From the NCBI GenBank assembly GCA_049516635.1, contig JBEKSX010000010.1, positions 6,541 through 70,540 on the forward strand: a stretch of 64,000 nt of DNA, written 5' to 3'. This document shows positions 1 through 10,102 of this stretch, one piece after another. The position numbers were made by a program, and so were the translations under genes. The DNA comes from Ignavibacteria bacterium. Lineage in GTDB: Bacteria; Bacteroidota; Ignavibacteria; Tepidaquicellales; OLB5. Each line of letters opens with the position of its first letter. Position 1 is the first letter of the stretch. The notes under the pieces were generated by a model, which saw only the letters and a program-made list of their open reading frames with translations, searched no databases and was not told where the DNA came from.

Positions 1-608
1 ACAGCATCACTTATCAACTCGCCCGATAACAGCTCTTTATCATTTTTGCAGAGTAAACTTATGCAGTATTCTCTGCCTGTTTGATGGATCTGATTAACCA
101 CTGCCGATATTTCCCTGATAGAATTCATTGTTTCGGCAAGAATAAAATCTACACCTGCATCCAGAAGATTTAAGATGTGTTCATTATGTTCGGTACATAA
201 TGTATCCGTATCGGGAACGAGATCCGGTCTGTAACAATCTTCAAGAGGCGCTACTGATCCTGCTATTAATACATTATCGTTGGTAATGAGGACGGCTTCT
301 TTTGCAAGATCGACGGCAATCTTTGTAAGTTCCCGGGCTGTTCCGTCAAAATTTAATCCCTCATGCTTATATCCCGCTTTCTCGAATGTTCTTCTTTGTG
401 TCCTGAAGGTATTTGTAGTGATAATATCTGCACCGGCATCAATGTTATCGATATGTATCTGCCTGACCGTGTCAGGCTTCACTATAAGAGCCCTGGCACT
501 CCACAGTGGTAAGGAAATATCAATATCCCTGCTTTGCAGCTCGGTCCCCATTGCTGAATCAAGAATTATAACATTTGAATTTTTTAGTATCTGGGATAGG
601 TTTTTCAT
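1..608 (-). CDS. Homocysteine S-methyltransferase family protein (3' end cut by window edge)
   Basis: Own translation of the minus strand from ATG 608-606: MKNLSQILKNSNVIILDSAMGTELQSRDIDISLPLWSARALIVKPDTVRQIHIDNIDAGADIITTNTFRTQRRTFEKAGY... It stays open to position 1. It is absent from the ORF track because it runs off the window. The GTEL, LWSA and GADIITTNTF blocks are typical of the Hcy S-methyltransferase domain. Confidence 0.8.
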   Translation of the reverse strand, partial: MKNLSQILKNSNVIILDSAMGTELQSRDIDISLPLWSARALIVKPDTVRQIHIDNIDAGADIITTNTFRTQRRTFEKAGYKHEGLNFDGTARELTKIAVDLAKEAVLITNDNVLIAGSVAPLEDCYRPDLVPDTDTLCTEHNEHILNLLDAGVDFILAETMNSIREISAVVNQIHQTGREYCISLLCKNDKELLSGELISDA

Positions 609-609
609 A

Positions 610-834
610 TTACTTACGCAAAAAATACCGGAGCAGCCAAAATATCAATGTAAGAATCACGCTTAGAACAAGAGATGTAACTATGGGAAAATAGAATGAA
701 AAATTTTCTCTTTTTATTATAATGTCCCCGGTCAACTTCCCGAATATATTTAATTTAGGGAAATATGTAATGAGGATCCCCGTTATTAGTATTATGCTTC
801 CAAGCAAAATAATGTATTTTCCTATGGACTGCAA
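610..834 (-). CDS. Small two-helix membrane protein, DUF2905-like
   Basis: 74 aa with two hydrophobic helices flanking FGKLTGDIIIKRENFSFYFP (compare the DUF2905 'lPGDi' core, from memory). Its stop lies 1 nt from the start of the downstream methyltransferase gene. Confidence 0.6.
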   Translation of the reverse strand: MQSIGKYIILLGSIILITGILITYFPKLNIFGKLTGDIIIKRENFSFYFPIVTSLVLSVILTLIFWLLRYFLRK

Positions 835-858
835 TCTAAAAAATAAATTGTCTTGATT

Positions 859-1689
859 TTACAGAGAGTTTATAATTTTTTTTAGTAAAGGAGAAAAAGC
901 TTTTTCAGCTCTTTCTCTGTTCTCACGCTGTTCACCGGCCGGGATCTCGCACAACCGGTCGGCAACAAGCTCCCTCGATATCATACCGAACGCCATAACA
1001 TTCATACCCGCATGAACGGCTGCCAGGTTTTCGGGAATCAGACTGTAACCAAGAACGTCAGCACCTATCTCTCGGAAAAACCTGCATTCCGCCTCCGTTT
1101 CCGTCTCAGGTCCGGTAATACCAAGGTATACCGAAGGAAAGAATTTAACCTTATCATTGATGAACACTTTTTCGGCTGTATTATAGAATTTAGAATCATA
1201 CGCATTGCTCATATCCGGAAATCTTGTTCCCAGAGTATCATCATTTTCTCCGATTAGGGGGTTATCCCCCATCAGGTTTATATGGTCATAGATCAAGGAT
1301 ATTCCACCTATTTCAAACCTGGGATTTAAATATCCAACTTCATCTATTAATATCAAAGTTTTGATCCCGAGTTCCTTGAGAACATAAATTGGATGTGCAA
1401 CATCTCTCATTTCATAGCCATTGTAAGCATTAAATCTTCCATTAAGGAAAATAATATTTTTAGCCGAACTACCCGCATTTACAATTAAAAATTCACCCTT
1501 GTTTTCCGCAATGTCACCTTCGAAATCCGGAGGTATTTTTTCAAATGGAAATCTTCTGATTATTTTGAATTCTCTTAAGAAGTACGGATCCCTATACGAA
1601 ATAACGCCAATCTCACATTTTTTCTTGAAAGGGAAATTAGCTTTAATATTGTCAACCGATGATAAAATTTTCTTTTTCTGTTCTGTCAT
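859..1689 (-). CDS. Purine nucleoside phosphorylase-family paralog with degenerate catalytic motifs
   Basis: 276 aa, alignable along its length to the neighbouring PNP (GPETETEAECRFFREIGADVLGYSLIPE vs GPNLETRSEYRMVRKTGADVVGMSTIPE). The G-S/T-G-L-G loop is replaced by GVISYRDP, and GRFHxYEG is replaced by GRFNAYNG. Confidence 0.7.
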   Translation of the reverse strand: MTEQKKKILSSVDNIKANFPFKKKCEIGVISYRDPYFLREFKIIRRFPFEKIPPDFEGDIAENKGEFLIVNAGSSAKNIIFLNGRFNAYNGYEMRDVAHPIYVLKELGIKTLILIDEVGYLNPRFEIGGISLIYDHINLMGDNPLIGENDDTLGTRFPDMSNAYDSKFYNTAEKVFINDKVKFFPSVYLGITGPETETEAECRFFREIGADVLGYSLIPENLAAVHAGMNVMAFGMISRELVADRLCEIPAGEQRENRERAEKAFSPLLKKIINSL

Positions 1690-1735
1690 AGATTTTTACA
1701 ATCCACTAATATATTAAAATTAATAAGCTAAAAAA

Positions 1736-2542
1736 CTATATTTGCCGGATTATATTTTCCATCAATAAAGTCAATTTTGGCTCAGCTTTGGCTGCAGTCT
1801 CGATAATATCTTCGATCACCGCAGGTTTTAGTGAGTCGGGAAAACCAACATCTGTGATGATTGAAAAACCAAGCACTTTAAACCCGCCATTTTTCGATGC
1901 CAGGGCTTCAGGTATGGTCGACATACCCACTACATCAGCTCCCGTTTTTCTGACCATCCTGTATTCAGATCTTGTTTCGAGGTTTGGACCGCTTAAAGCA
2001 CAGTATACTCCTTTACGGACGGGAATATTATATTCAAGCGCGGTCTTTTCAGCAATTTCTATCAAACCCGGGTCATATATCCGTTTATTTGAGGAACTGA
2101 TTTTCTTCTTTTTTAGAGGCGTATCGAATAACAGATTAATATGATCGCACATGATCATCAGATCTCCCCGATGATACGTAGGATTCACGGCACCGCACGC
2201 ATTGGATACAAGCAGTGTATCAATACCAAGTTTCTGCATTACTAGAATTGGATAAGTAACTTCGTCAAGAGAATAGCCTTCATAATAATGGAATCTTCCC
2301 TGCATTATCATGGCATCGTGATCTGCAATACTTCCGAATATTAAATTGCCATGGTGGAATTCAACTGTGGATACAGGGAAATGGGGGATATTTTTATAAT
2401 CTAAACGATGCTTGATTTTTACATCCCGTACAAGTCCGCCCAAACCTGTCCCTAATACGATTCCCAATTTAGGTGAATAATCTCCGATCTCACGATTAAT
2501 ACATTCGAGCGATTCATCAACTTGTTTCGAATCGATGGGCAT
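1736..2542 (-). CDS. punA: Purine nucleoside phosphorylase (trimeric PNP/PunA type)
   Basis: 268 aa with the canonical motifs GTGLGGL, QGRFHYYEGYS and ADVVGMSTIPEA. Confidence 0.85.
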   Translation of the reverse strand: MPIDSKQVDESLECINREIGDYSPKLGIVLGTGLGGLVRDVKIKHRLDYKNIPHFPVSTVEFHHGNLIFGSIADHDAMIMQGRFHYYEGYSLDEVTYPILVMQKLGIDTLLVSNACGAVNPTYHRGDLMIMCDHINLLFDTPLKKKKISSSNKRIYDPGLIEIAEKTALEYNIPVRKGVYCALSGPNLETRSEYRMVRKTGADVVGMSTIPEALASKNGGFKVLGFSIITDVGFPDSLKPAVIEDIIETAAKAEPKLTLLMENIIRQI

Positions 2543-2623
2543 AAACGTAGTTTAGGGTGTATTTATTATTTTTAACTACCGGGGTATCTGTATGAAGTGA
2601 AAAATTATTCCCGGCGCAACAGG

Positions 2624-3205
2624 TTACTTAGATTCATCAATATTCAGGTCTATCCCGAAATCTTTTTGCTCTTCTTCCTTTTCGGTTGAAACGTTGGTTA
2701 ACGGAGTAACATCCGAATCCATATGAAATATCTTCCGGTTTTTAGAATATTCCTCTATTAAATTCAATTTTTCAATTAGGTAATTTCTTATATCCTCGAT
2801 GATATTTTCGTTCTTGATCCTCAATTCTTCAAGTTCCTGTCTAAGATTCATTATTTCTTCCTGCGCCTGAAGTTTTGTTTTAGATGAGATAATTTCAGCT
2901 TCCTTCACAATAAGCTCGGCTCTTTTTGTAGCATTCTCAATAATGTCCTCGGACAGATCCTGAGATTTAACGATAGCTTTCTGAAAAGTTTTTTCATTAT
3001 CCCTGAAAACCTGAATTTCACCGCTCAGGTTTTCTTTTTCTTTCTCCAGCGAACTGATCTGTTCTTTCAATGAATCATTCTCTCTAAATATTTTTTCCAG
3101 CTCATTTGCAACGGTATCCAGATAGGCTTCGACTTCGCTTACATCATAACCTTTGAATGATTTCTTAAATTCTTGTTTTTTTATATCTATAGCTGACAGT
3201 CTCAT
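2624..3205 (-). CDS. divIVA: DivIVA domain cell-division protein
   Basis: 193 aa. N-terminus MRLSAIDIKKQEFKKSFKGYDVSEVEAYLDTV is followed by a long heptad-rich coiled coil. Confidence 0.85.
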   Translation of the reverse strand: MRLSAIDIKKQEFKKSFKGYDVSEVEAYLDTVANELEKIFRENDSLKEQISSLEKEKENLSGEIQVFRDNEKTFQKAIVKSQDLSEDIIENATKRAELIVKEAEIISSKTKLQAQEEIMNLRQELEELRIKNENIIEDIRNYLIEKLNLIEEYSKNRKIFHMDSDVTPLTNVSTEKEEEQKDFGIDLNIDESK

Positions 3206-3253
3206 TTTACTAGACCTCCCGAACCCGCAATGCGGGTCATAATGTTTATAAAC

Positions 3254-3985
3254 TTAAAAATTACTTGCTCTTTTTCCGAATATTGCAGTTCCAATTCTCA
3301 GCATATTTGAGCCTTCTTCTAATGCTATCTGGAAATCCGCAGTCATACCCATTGAAAGGTACTTCATATCGACATTTTTCAAGTCTGCGGATCTTATCTC
3401 GTCAAACAAATTTTTCAATAACCTGAAATTTCCTCTTACGATGGACCTTTCTGTCTCATCAGCATCATCAGAAATAAACTTGCCAATCGTCATCAGTCCT
3501 TTCACTTTTAAATTTTCAAAATTCGCAATCTCTTTAATAAGCTTTAAAGTATGCTGAATATCACATCCCGATTTCTGCCCTTCTCCAGAGGTATTAACCT
3601 GGATGAGGCATTTTACGACTTTACTGATTTTTGATGCTTCATTTTGAATCTTCAAAGCCAGCTTCAGGCTCTCAACAGAATGAATCAAATAAACAAATGG
3701 AACTACAAACTTTACTTTATTTGTCTGAAGATGTCCTACAAGATGCCAGTTTAATATTCTGTTTTCAAGCTCTTTTTGTTTTCTGACCAATTCCTGGACC
3801 TTATTCTCGCCAAAATCAAGCTGATTACAATCCAGAGCTGATGAAATTGCTTCAGAGGTAAATGTTTTGCTTACTGCTATAATCTGTATTTCTTTGGGGT
3901 TTCTGCTAATTGTTCTGCATATACTCTCGGTCCGTTTTTTTAACTTAATGAGATTCCCCTCGATATAATCAAAGCTCTTATCCAA
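3254..3985 (-). CDS. yggS: YggS-family pyridoxal-phosphate homeostasis protein
   Basis: 243 aa with AVSKT (PLP lysine), FGENKVQE, WHLVGHLQTNKVK and SMGMTADFQIALEEGSNMLRIGTAIFG. Confidence 0.9.
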   Translation of the reverse strand: MDKSFDYIEGNLIKLKKRTESICRTISRNPKEIQIIAVSKTFTSEAISSALDCNQLDFGENKVQELVRKQKELENRILNWHLVGHLQTNKVKFVVPFVYLIHSVESLKLALKIQNEASKISKVVKCLIQVNTSGEGQKSGCDIQHTLKLIKEIANFENLKVKGLMTIGKFISDDADETERSIVRGNFRLLKNLFDEIRSADLKNVDMKYLSMGMTADFQIALEEGSNMLRIGTAIFGKRASNF

Positions 3986-4311
3986 TTTACCGCATAATAA
4001 GTATAAAAATAAACTATATGTAGTGAATATTCAAGATAATAAAAACATATTGTAATGAATAACAAAAATTATTATAATGTACGATTATAATAAAGATTAT
4101 TAAGTTACTTCCTGAGAATTTTTCTGGTTTTATGTCATTTCCAGTGCAATATTCAATAATCCGGTTATCGTTTATTAAAATATTGAAACTATGTAGTACT
4201 TAATAAAGGTTTATTCTTACAAGATGTTATAACTTCTGAATTAGTTTGATTGAAGATCCATTATCCTAAGCAGCGTAAATTAATTATTAATCATAAATAA
4301 TATATTTTCAA

Positions 4312-6780
4312 ATGCAACATATTACAAAAATACTATTCATTCTTTTATTTTTAGTCAGTAAAAATTTAATTTTCTCACAAAATACAGGTTATGATAATTT
4401 CCTATCTGTGGTTGCTCCCCCTCCGGCATTCCATAATGAGCCGAATGGTTTTAAATCATTTCTTGTAACTACGAACGGATATGATAATTTCTATCTTGGT
4501 GTGGATTTCGGAGAACCTTACGTAGCAACGAATCCGCGAGACCCTTTGAACAGCGTTTGTGCCTTCAATATGAATTCATTTTATTATACCGTTGATGGTT
4601 ATAACTGGACCAGAAATTCGCCTTTATTTATTGGATACTCAACTTTAGGGGATCCGGTTGTGTGCTTTGACAGTCTGGGAAATTGTTATTACCTGCAGCT
4701 TTACCAGAATGGAAATGCTTATGGATTAGTTATAGAAAAATCTACTAACAAAGGGGTCAGCTGGATCGGACCTTATGGGTGTTCATCGACAACAGTGGGT
4801 CTCTCGGATAAGGAATGGATTATAGCTGATCAGACTTCAGGACCTTACAGTAACTATTTATACGCAGGATGGAGGCAGTTTGGAGGTTCCGGAGGAATGA
4901 AATTCATCAGGAGCACCAACGGAGGCGTCAATTGGTCAAGTCCTTTGAGTATTCCGGGTTCACAGGGAGCGTATGTAAGTGTTGGACCTAACGGATCGAT
5001 TCCGGGCGGAAGTGTTTATTTTGCTTGTCAGAACGGAAGCGCTGAATCTGTGTGCAGGTCAACCGATGGCGGACAGTCCTTTTCAGCCCAAGTAACCGCT
5101 GCGAGTCCTTCAGGACCCGGGGTAATTTGCGCAGGCAGGTATACAGTAAAGAATTGTATCAGAACCGATGCGTTCCCGAGAATGGCAGTAGACAACAGTT
5201 ACACATCTACGAGAGGTAATGTTTATATCGTTTATGCTGCTAATCCACCGGGTCCGGATAATGCAGATATATTTCTTGTAAGATCTACGGATTACGGACA
5301 AACGTGGTCAACACCTGTCAGAGTAAATGATGACAATACAACAACCGACCAATGGATGCCTTCTGTTTCAGTTGACAGAAATGGAAAAATATACATTTGC
5401 TGGTACGATTCCAGATTAGATCCGGCTAATAACCTATTGACAAATCTTTACGGGACTACATCGACAGATGGCGGACTCACATTCACTCAAAACAATCCCA
5501 TATCCGATGTCTCATTTAATCCCAATAGTATGGCAGTGGGACAACCGGGTGGTGAAAATTATATAGGAGATTATATCGGAATCTCAGCCATTGGTAATAC
5601 GTCTTATTCAGCATGGATGGACGGCAGGAATAGCAGCTTGGGAAGCTACACAGGGTTTTATCCGGATTTTGCAATGACAACAAGCATATCCAGTAAGAAT
5701 ATGGTAAATAATGATAGTTCATTTATTATTGTAAAAATCCCATCCATCAAAGGACCATTTACCGGCTCGGTCAAATTTACCGCATCACTGGACAGTTTAC
5801 CTCTTTCGGGTAATATCAATATATCATTTCTAAACGGCAGGGATTCGTTAACAACATATCCGGATTCTGTTACTGTTAGAGTGAAAACCACAGGCAGCGT
5901 AACCCCACGTCTCTACAAATTATCGATCCTGGGAAGAGGAACCAACGGGGTTCCGGCGCACAACAGAAACGTGGATCTGCTTATCAACGTATCCTCTGTT
6001 TCGATCGGAACTGACAGAAACGGGACATGTGACTTTAAGATCAACGGCATAACCTACAATACACGGCAGCAGCTGATATTGCAAAATACTTCCGTTATAA
6101 CAGTCCAGGCGGTAAGTCCGCATACATTACCCACCTTTCAGTATGTTTATACTCATTGGTCCGATGCAGGTGATACAACTCACATCATTAATATCACAGG
6201 TAATATTACAGTAACAGCTTTTTATAAGGTTCAATATAAATTGTTACTTAACTCATTAGTGGGCAATTCATTCGGTGGAAACGTTTTTTATGATTCAGCA
6301 CAATCTTTTTCGTTCGGTGTTTTATCAAGGCATGTGACCTATAACGGTGACCCTTATGTATTTAAAGGCTGGACGGGGACCGGTTCGGGTTCTTATACAA
6401 GCCCTGACAGTTCGGGCAATGATACAGCCATAACAATGTCAATGACAAATCCTGTGTTGGAAACAGCCAGATGGTTTACACTAATTGGAATTCAGAATAT
6501 CAGTTCCGAGATACCCAAAGAATATAAGCTTTATCAAAATTATCCCAATCCTTTTAATCCTTCAACTTTCATTAATTTTGATATAATCAAATCCGGGAAT
6601 GTTAAAATTATACTTTATGACATACTCGGAAGAGAAATAAGAACTGTGATAAATGAAACCATTCAGCCCGGTAAATTCAGAGTATCGCTTAATGCTGACA
6701 ATCTGGCCAGCGGTGTTTACTTTTATAAAATTACTACTGCAGAATTCACAGATGTAAAAAAGATGCTATTGATCAAATAA
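4312..6780 (+). CDS. Secreted BNR/sialidase-like repeat protein with T9SS C-terminal sorting domain
   Basis: 822 aa with a signal peptide. BNR-type motifs: STNKGVSW, STNGGVNW, STDGGQSF, STDYGQTW, STDGGLTF. C-terminus: YQNYPNPFNPST...SGVYFYKI...VKKMLLIK. Confidence 0.75.
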   Translation: MQHITKILFILLFLVSKNLIFSQNTGYDNFLSVVAPPPAFHNEPNGFKSFLVTTNGYDNFYLGVDFGEPYVATNPRDPLNSVCAFNMNSFYYTVDGYNWTRNSPLFIGYSTLGDPVVCFDSLGNCYYLQLYQNGNAYGLVIEKSTNKGVSWIGPYGCSSTTVGLSDKEWIIADQTSGPYSNYLYAGWRQFGGSGGMKFIRSTNGGVNWSSPLSIPGSQGAYVSVGPNGSIPGGSVYFACQNGSAESVCRSTDGGQSFSAQVTAASPSGPGVICAGRYTVKNCIRTDAFPRMAVDNSYTSTRGNVYIVYAANPPGPDNADIFLVRSTDYGQTWSTPVRVNDDNTTTDQWMPSVSVDRNGKIYICWYDSRLDPANNLLTNLYGTTSTDGGLTFTQNNPISDVSFNPNSMAVGQPGGENYIGDYIGISAIGNTSYSAWMDGRNSSLGSYTGFYPDFAMTTSISSKNMVNNDSSFIIVKIPSIKGPFTGSVKFTASLDSLPLSGNINISFLNGRDSLTTYPDSVTVRVKTTGSVTPRLYKLSILGRGTNGVPAHNRNVDLLINVSSVSIGTDRNGTCDFKINGITYNTRQQLILQNTSVITVQAVSPHTLPTFQYVYTHWSDAGDTTHIINITGNITVTAFYKVQYKLLLNSLVGNSFGGNVFYDSAQSFSFGVLSRHVTYNGDPYVFKGWTGTGSGSYTSPDSSGNDTAITMSMTNPVLETARWFTLIGIQNISSEIPKEYKLYQNYPNPFNPSTFINFDIIKSGNVKIILYDILGREIRTVINETIQPGKFRVSLNADNLASGVYFYKITTAEFTDVKKMLLIK

Positions 6781-6895
6781 ACTGATCGAAATTAAGAAAG
6801 TCCCAATTTAACTTTTTTTTACTAAAATTATTTCATATTGATATAACGGAAAAAGAAAAAATATTTAGTTATTAATACCTTGTCATAATACTTAA

Positions 6896-7855
6896 TTGCA
6901 ACAGTTCGTGAGATCGATTGATTATATTATAATTTTTCTTCTTTTTTATACCGGGACTAATATTATTTACACTCACAGCCAATCAAAAACAGACTTCATT
7001 TCAAGATCAGGATACAATGATTCTGTTTTTACGAAGAATGTTAAAAATTATTTTCAGGATATCAGGCAGGGAAGTGTTAGTAATATTAACATATATAAAT
7101 TTACCGGATTTTCACTGTTTTCAATTGGTGCAGGCGTATTGCTTCATAATTTTCAAAAACATGCATGGTGGTCGGGAGAAAGAGAGAAATTCCATATCGA
7201 GAATGATTGGTCTTATGCTATGTCTATGGATAAACTCGGGCATGTTTTCATTGCGGGATTAATTAACCGTACAATGAAGGATGCATACCAATGGAGCGGG
7301 ATGAACAATACTACTGCGTCCTGGGTGGGAACCCTGATCAGCATCGGATATATGACGGATATCGAGATCGAAGACGGATTCGCAAAAGAATGGGGATACA
7401 GCCCCGGCGACGAGATTGCTAATATCACAGGTGATGCATTATCTATCGCACAGGATCTTTGGGATCCGCTTAAAACAGTTAAACTTAGATGGAGCTACTG
7501 GCCCACACACGACCCCAATCATAAGGGCGATTTCCCCGATGATTATAACGGTCAAACATTCTGGTTGTCATTCAGTATACATAATTATTTATCCAAAAAG
7601 TTGCAGAATATATGGCCTTCTTACCTTGACCTGGCAATAGGTTATGGAGTTAAAGAATATGACAACTATGGACCCAATGGCAGAATTCAAAATTTATATC
7701 TATCTCTTGATTATGATATTAGAAAAATTATTCCGGGCCAATCAGGGTTTATCAAATGGTTTAAAGAACTTATCTGGAATTTTAAATTCATCCCGGCACC
7801 GGCATTGAAATACAATATGACACAGGGAAAGGTCGATTTTGTTGTTCATTGGTAA
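6896..7855 (+). CDS. Exported protein, DUF2279-like (paralog of 8642..9661)
   Basis: 319 aa. The track start is TTG; GTG at 6908 is possible. It shares these blocks with 8642..9661: HxWW, DK(L/V)(G/S)HV, E(I/M)xDG, GD(E/M)xxNxxG, TFWLSxS, L(S/A)LDYD. The family name is from memory and unverified. Confidence 0.5.
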   Translation: MQQFVRSIDYIIIFLLFYTGTNIIYTHSQSKTDFISRSGYNDSVFTKNVKNYFQDIRQGSVSNINIYKFTGFSLFSIGAGVLLHNFQKHAWWSGEREKFHIENDWSYAMSMDKLGHVFIAGLINRTMKDAYQWSGMNNTTASWVGTLISIGYMTDIEIEDGFAKEWGYSPGDEIANITGDALSIAQDLWDPLKTVKLRWSYWPTHDPNHKGDFPDDYNGQTFWLSFSIHNYLSKKLQNIWPSYLDLAIGYGVKEYDNYGPNGRIQNLYLSLDYDIRKIIPGQSGFIKWFKELIWNFKFIPAPALKYNMTQGKVDFVVHW

Positions 7856-7898
7856 TTCTTATTACGTAATATTTATTCGGAGTCAAATCATCTAATTG

Positions 7899-8645
7899 AT
7901 GAATATTAAAGTTTTTTTAATTCCAGTTATTGCTCTATATATATTTACTCTTTCTTCAATTGTACAATCCCAATCGAGATTTGAGATCAGTTTTCATACT
8001 GGATATTCAGGACCCCGCTATGAATCCTATGGGACTGATGTTTATATAGCAAATGACCTTTATACTGTAACGATTGGCGGAAAGAGACTTCTCGTTTCCG
8101 ATAATCTGGGGATGAATTACGGATTTTCGTTTCAACTTTACGGCAAATACAGTTTTTTCCGTGCGGGATATTTAAAAGCTGTTTTCAACGTTGGTTTCAA
8201 CCAGCTTGAAGGAAAATATTCTACACCTTTCGGTTCCGATAGATACGGAGTACGAATGCCCGTATTTTCATTGGGCACCGGGATAGAACTTAACCCGATC
8301 GGAATGCATAAATTTTATCCTTCATTGATAGGTTTGATCAGATGGAATGAAATAGGAGGCGAATCTTTCTATCACGCAGGGCTTGATTTTTTTATAGTTC
8401 AGCCGCGGTTCGGGTATGTTTACGGATTTAATTTAAATTATAAATTGAGCCAGTTTATAGGTCTAAGTGCCGGAACAACATTCAACTATGACAACTGGCT
8501 GAACAAAAAAACGAATGATGGAACAATAGATGATCCTCACGCTATCAACTTCAGAGATAAAGCCAGCTCAACCAACGGCCTTACCCAGGATAGAAGAATT
8601 GCGTATCTAAGTCTTTTATTAGGGATTAACTTCTACTTGAAATGA
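7899..8645 (+). CDS. Putative outer-membrane beta-barrel protein
   Basis: About 248 aa from ATG 7899 (the track starts one codon earlier at TTG). It has a signal peptide ending SIVQSQS, alternating hydrophobic/aromatic beta-strand patterning, and a C-terminal LLGINFYLK. Its stop overlaps the next start (ATGA at 8642). Confidence 0.45.
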   Translation: MNIKVFLIPVIALYIFTLSSIVQSQSRFEISFHTGYSGPRYESYGTDVYIANDLYTVTIGGKRLLVSDNLGMNYGFSFQLYGKYSFFRAGYLKAVFNVGFNQLEGKYSTPFGSDRYGVRMPVFSLGTGIELNPIGMHKFYPSLIGLIRWNEIGGESFYHAGLDFFIVQPRFGYVYGFNLNYKLSQFIGLSAGTTFNYDNWLNKKTNDGTIDDPHAINFRDKASSTNGLTQDRRIAYLSLLLGINFYLK

Positions 8646-9661
8646 ATTCAAAATTTAAATATTACTTCCTTATAGTGATCATCACACTGCTTAGCACAGT
8701 AAAGTATATTCAGGCAAACGGCAATGAAGAACTTTTTAAGATCAGTTTCAAAGAAAACAAACAAAGTATTTTCCACAAAGAGATAAAACCGGTATTCGGA
8801 CTGAAATCTACTATTGTTTCATCTCTATTTGATACCAATAAAAATGCAGCGAAAAAAAAATCTATACCCCCGTCAAAACAAAAAACTACCTTGCATCCAT
8901 TGAGATTAGTTCTGCTTGGAAGCGGTATGACAATAGGATGGCTGGGTATGCATATCTATTACACACACGTATGGTGGAAAAACAGGGCTCATTATTTTAA
9001 ATTTGCCGAGGACCCATGGTATGCCAGAAATGTTGATAAAGTATCACATGTATACACGGCTGCTGTTATTACTGAAGGTACGGGGGCGTTATTTGAATGG
9101 ACCGGAATAAGGCCAATGAATGCATTGATCTATGGTTCTATCACAGCAATGGCTTACGAAACATATATTGAGATGTTTGATGGTATTTCTCCTATTTGGG
9201 GATTTGACTGGGGAGATATGGCGGGTAATTTTATTGGTTCATTGTACCCCATAGCGCAAAAGCTCGCTCCCTTCTTAAATAATTTCAACTTAAAATGGAG
9301 TTTTAAACCTGCCTGGCTAATAAATAAGACCAAGACTACACCCGACCTTCTTGATGATTATACTAGCATGACATTCTGGTTAAGTATAAGTCCAAAGGGA
9401 CTTTTACCAAAAAAGATTGCTGAATATTATCCCGGATTTCTTACAATTGCGCTCGGTGTTAGCTTGAAGAATGCAAGCCACGAAACTAGTACTGCATTTG
9501 AATACCGTGAATTCTATTTGGCACTCGATTATGACCTTACTAAATTACCTGGAAATACAGACTTCCTGAAAAAACTAAAAAAAATATTGAATTATTATCA
9601 TTTCCCTTCGCCGGCAGTCAGAATTTCGCCGAGCGGAATATGGTACGGGATTTATTTCTAA
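8642..9661 (+). CDS. Exported protein, DUF2279-like (paralog of 6896..7855)
   Basis: 339 aa with a signal peptide. It shares conserved blocks with 6896..7855 (HVWWKNRAHYFKF...VDKVSHVY, EMFDGISPIWGFDWGDMAGNFIG, TFWLSIS, LALDYD). 4-nt overlap with the upstream gene. Confidence 0.5.
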   Translation: MNSKFKYYFLIVIITLLSTVKYIQANGNEELFKISFKENKQSIFHKEIKPVFGLKSTIVSSLFDTNKNAAKKKSIPPSKQKTTLHPLRLVLLGSGMTIGWLGMHIYYTHVWWKNRAHYFKFAEDPWYARNVDKVSHVYTAAVITEGTGALFEWTGIRPMNALIYGSITAMAYETYIEMFDGISPIWGFDWGDMAGNFIGSLYPIAQKLAPFLNNFNLKWSFKPAWLINKTKTTPDLLDDYTSMTFWLSISPKGLLPKKIAEYYPGFLTIALGVSLKNASHETSTAFEYREFYLALDYDLTKLPGNTDFLKKLKKILNYYHFPSPAVRISPSGIWYGIYF

Positions 9662-10102
9662 AGGAAATCAGAACTCAACATCGCCTTTAAGGCACGCTTC
9701 CAGATTCTCCGTAAACTCCCACCCTAAAATACATTTAAATCTTTTTAGGTTTCGGATATCATAATGCGAATCCAAAGCAAATGTGATTAGGTTGGAAAAT
9801 ATAATACTTAACATTATTTATTTAGGTTTTAAATTATATATTTTAAATAATTTAACAATTTAATAAAAATACCTTATTTATTTAATCAAAACTATATATT
9901 TACTTTGATTATTTATGGCATGAATAGTAACTTTGTTAGGAAGCAGCTGATTTATTAAGAAATTAATCTCAACCTTTATACGTTAAATTTAATAAGCAGA
10001 ATTAATTATACTAATGTGTATTTGACGTACATGTCATAGTATTTTTATTATAAATTAATTTTAGCAAGAATAAACTCAGTTAATTATTAAGGAGGAAATT
10101 TC

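Noticed and set aside
10017-10031. NtcA-type GTA-N8-TAC box upstream of amt
   Set aside because: The spacing is N7, not N8, and the organism is not obviously cyanobacterial. I keep it only as a generic dyad in the amt finding.
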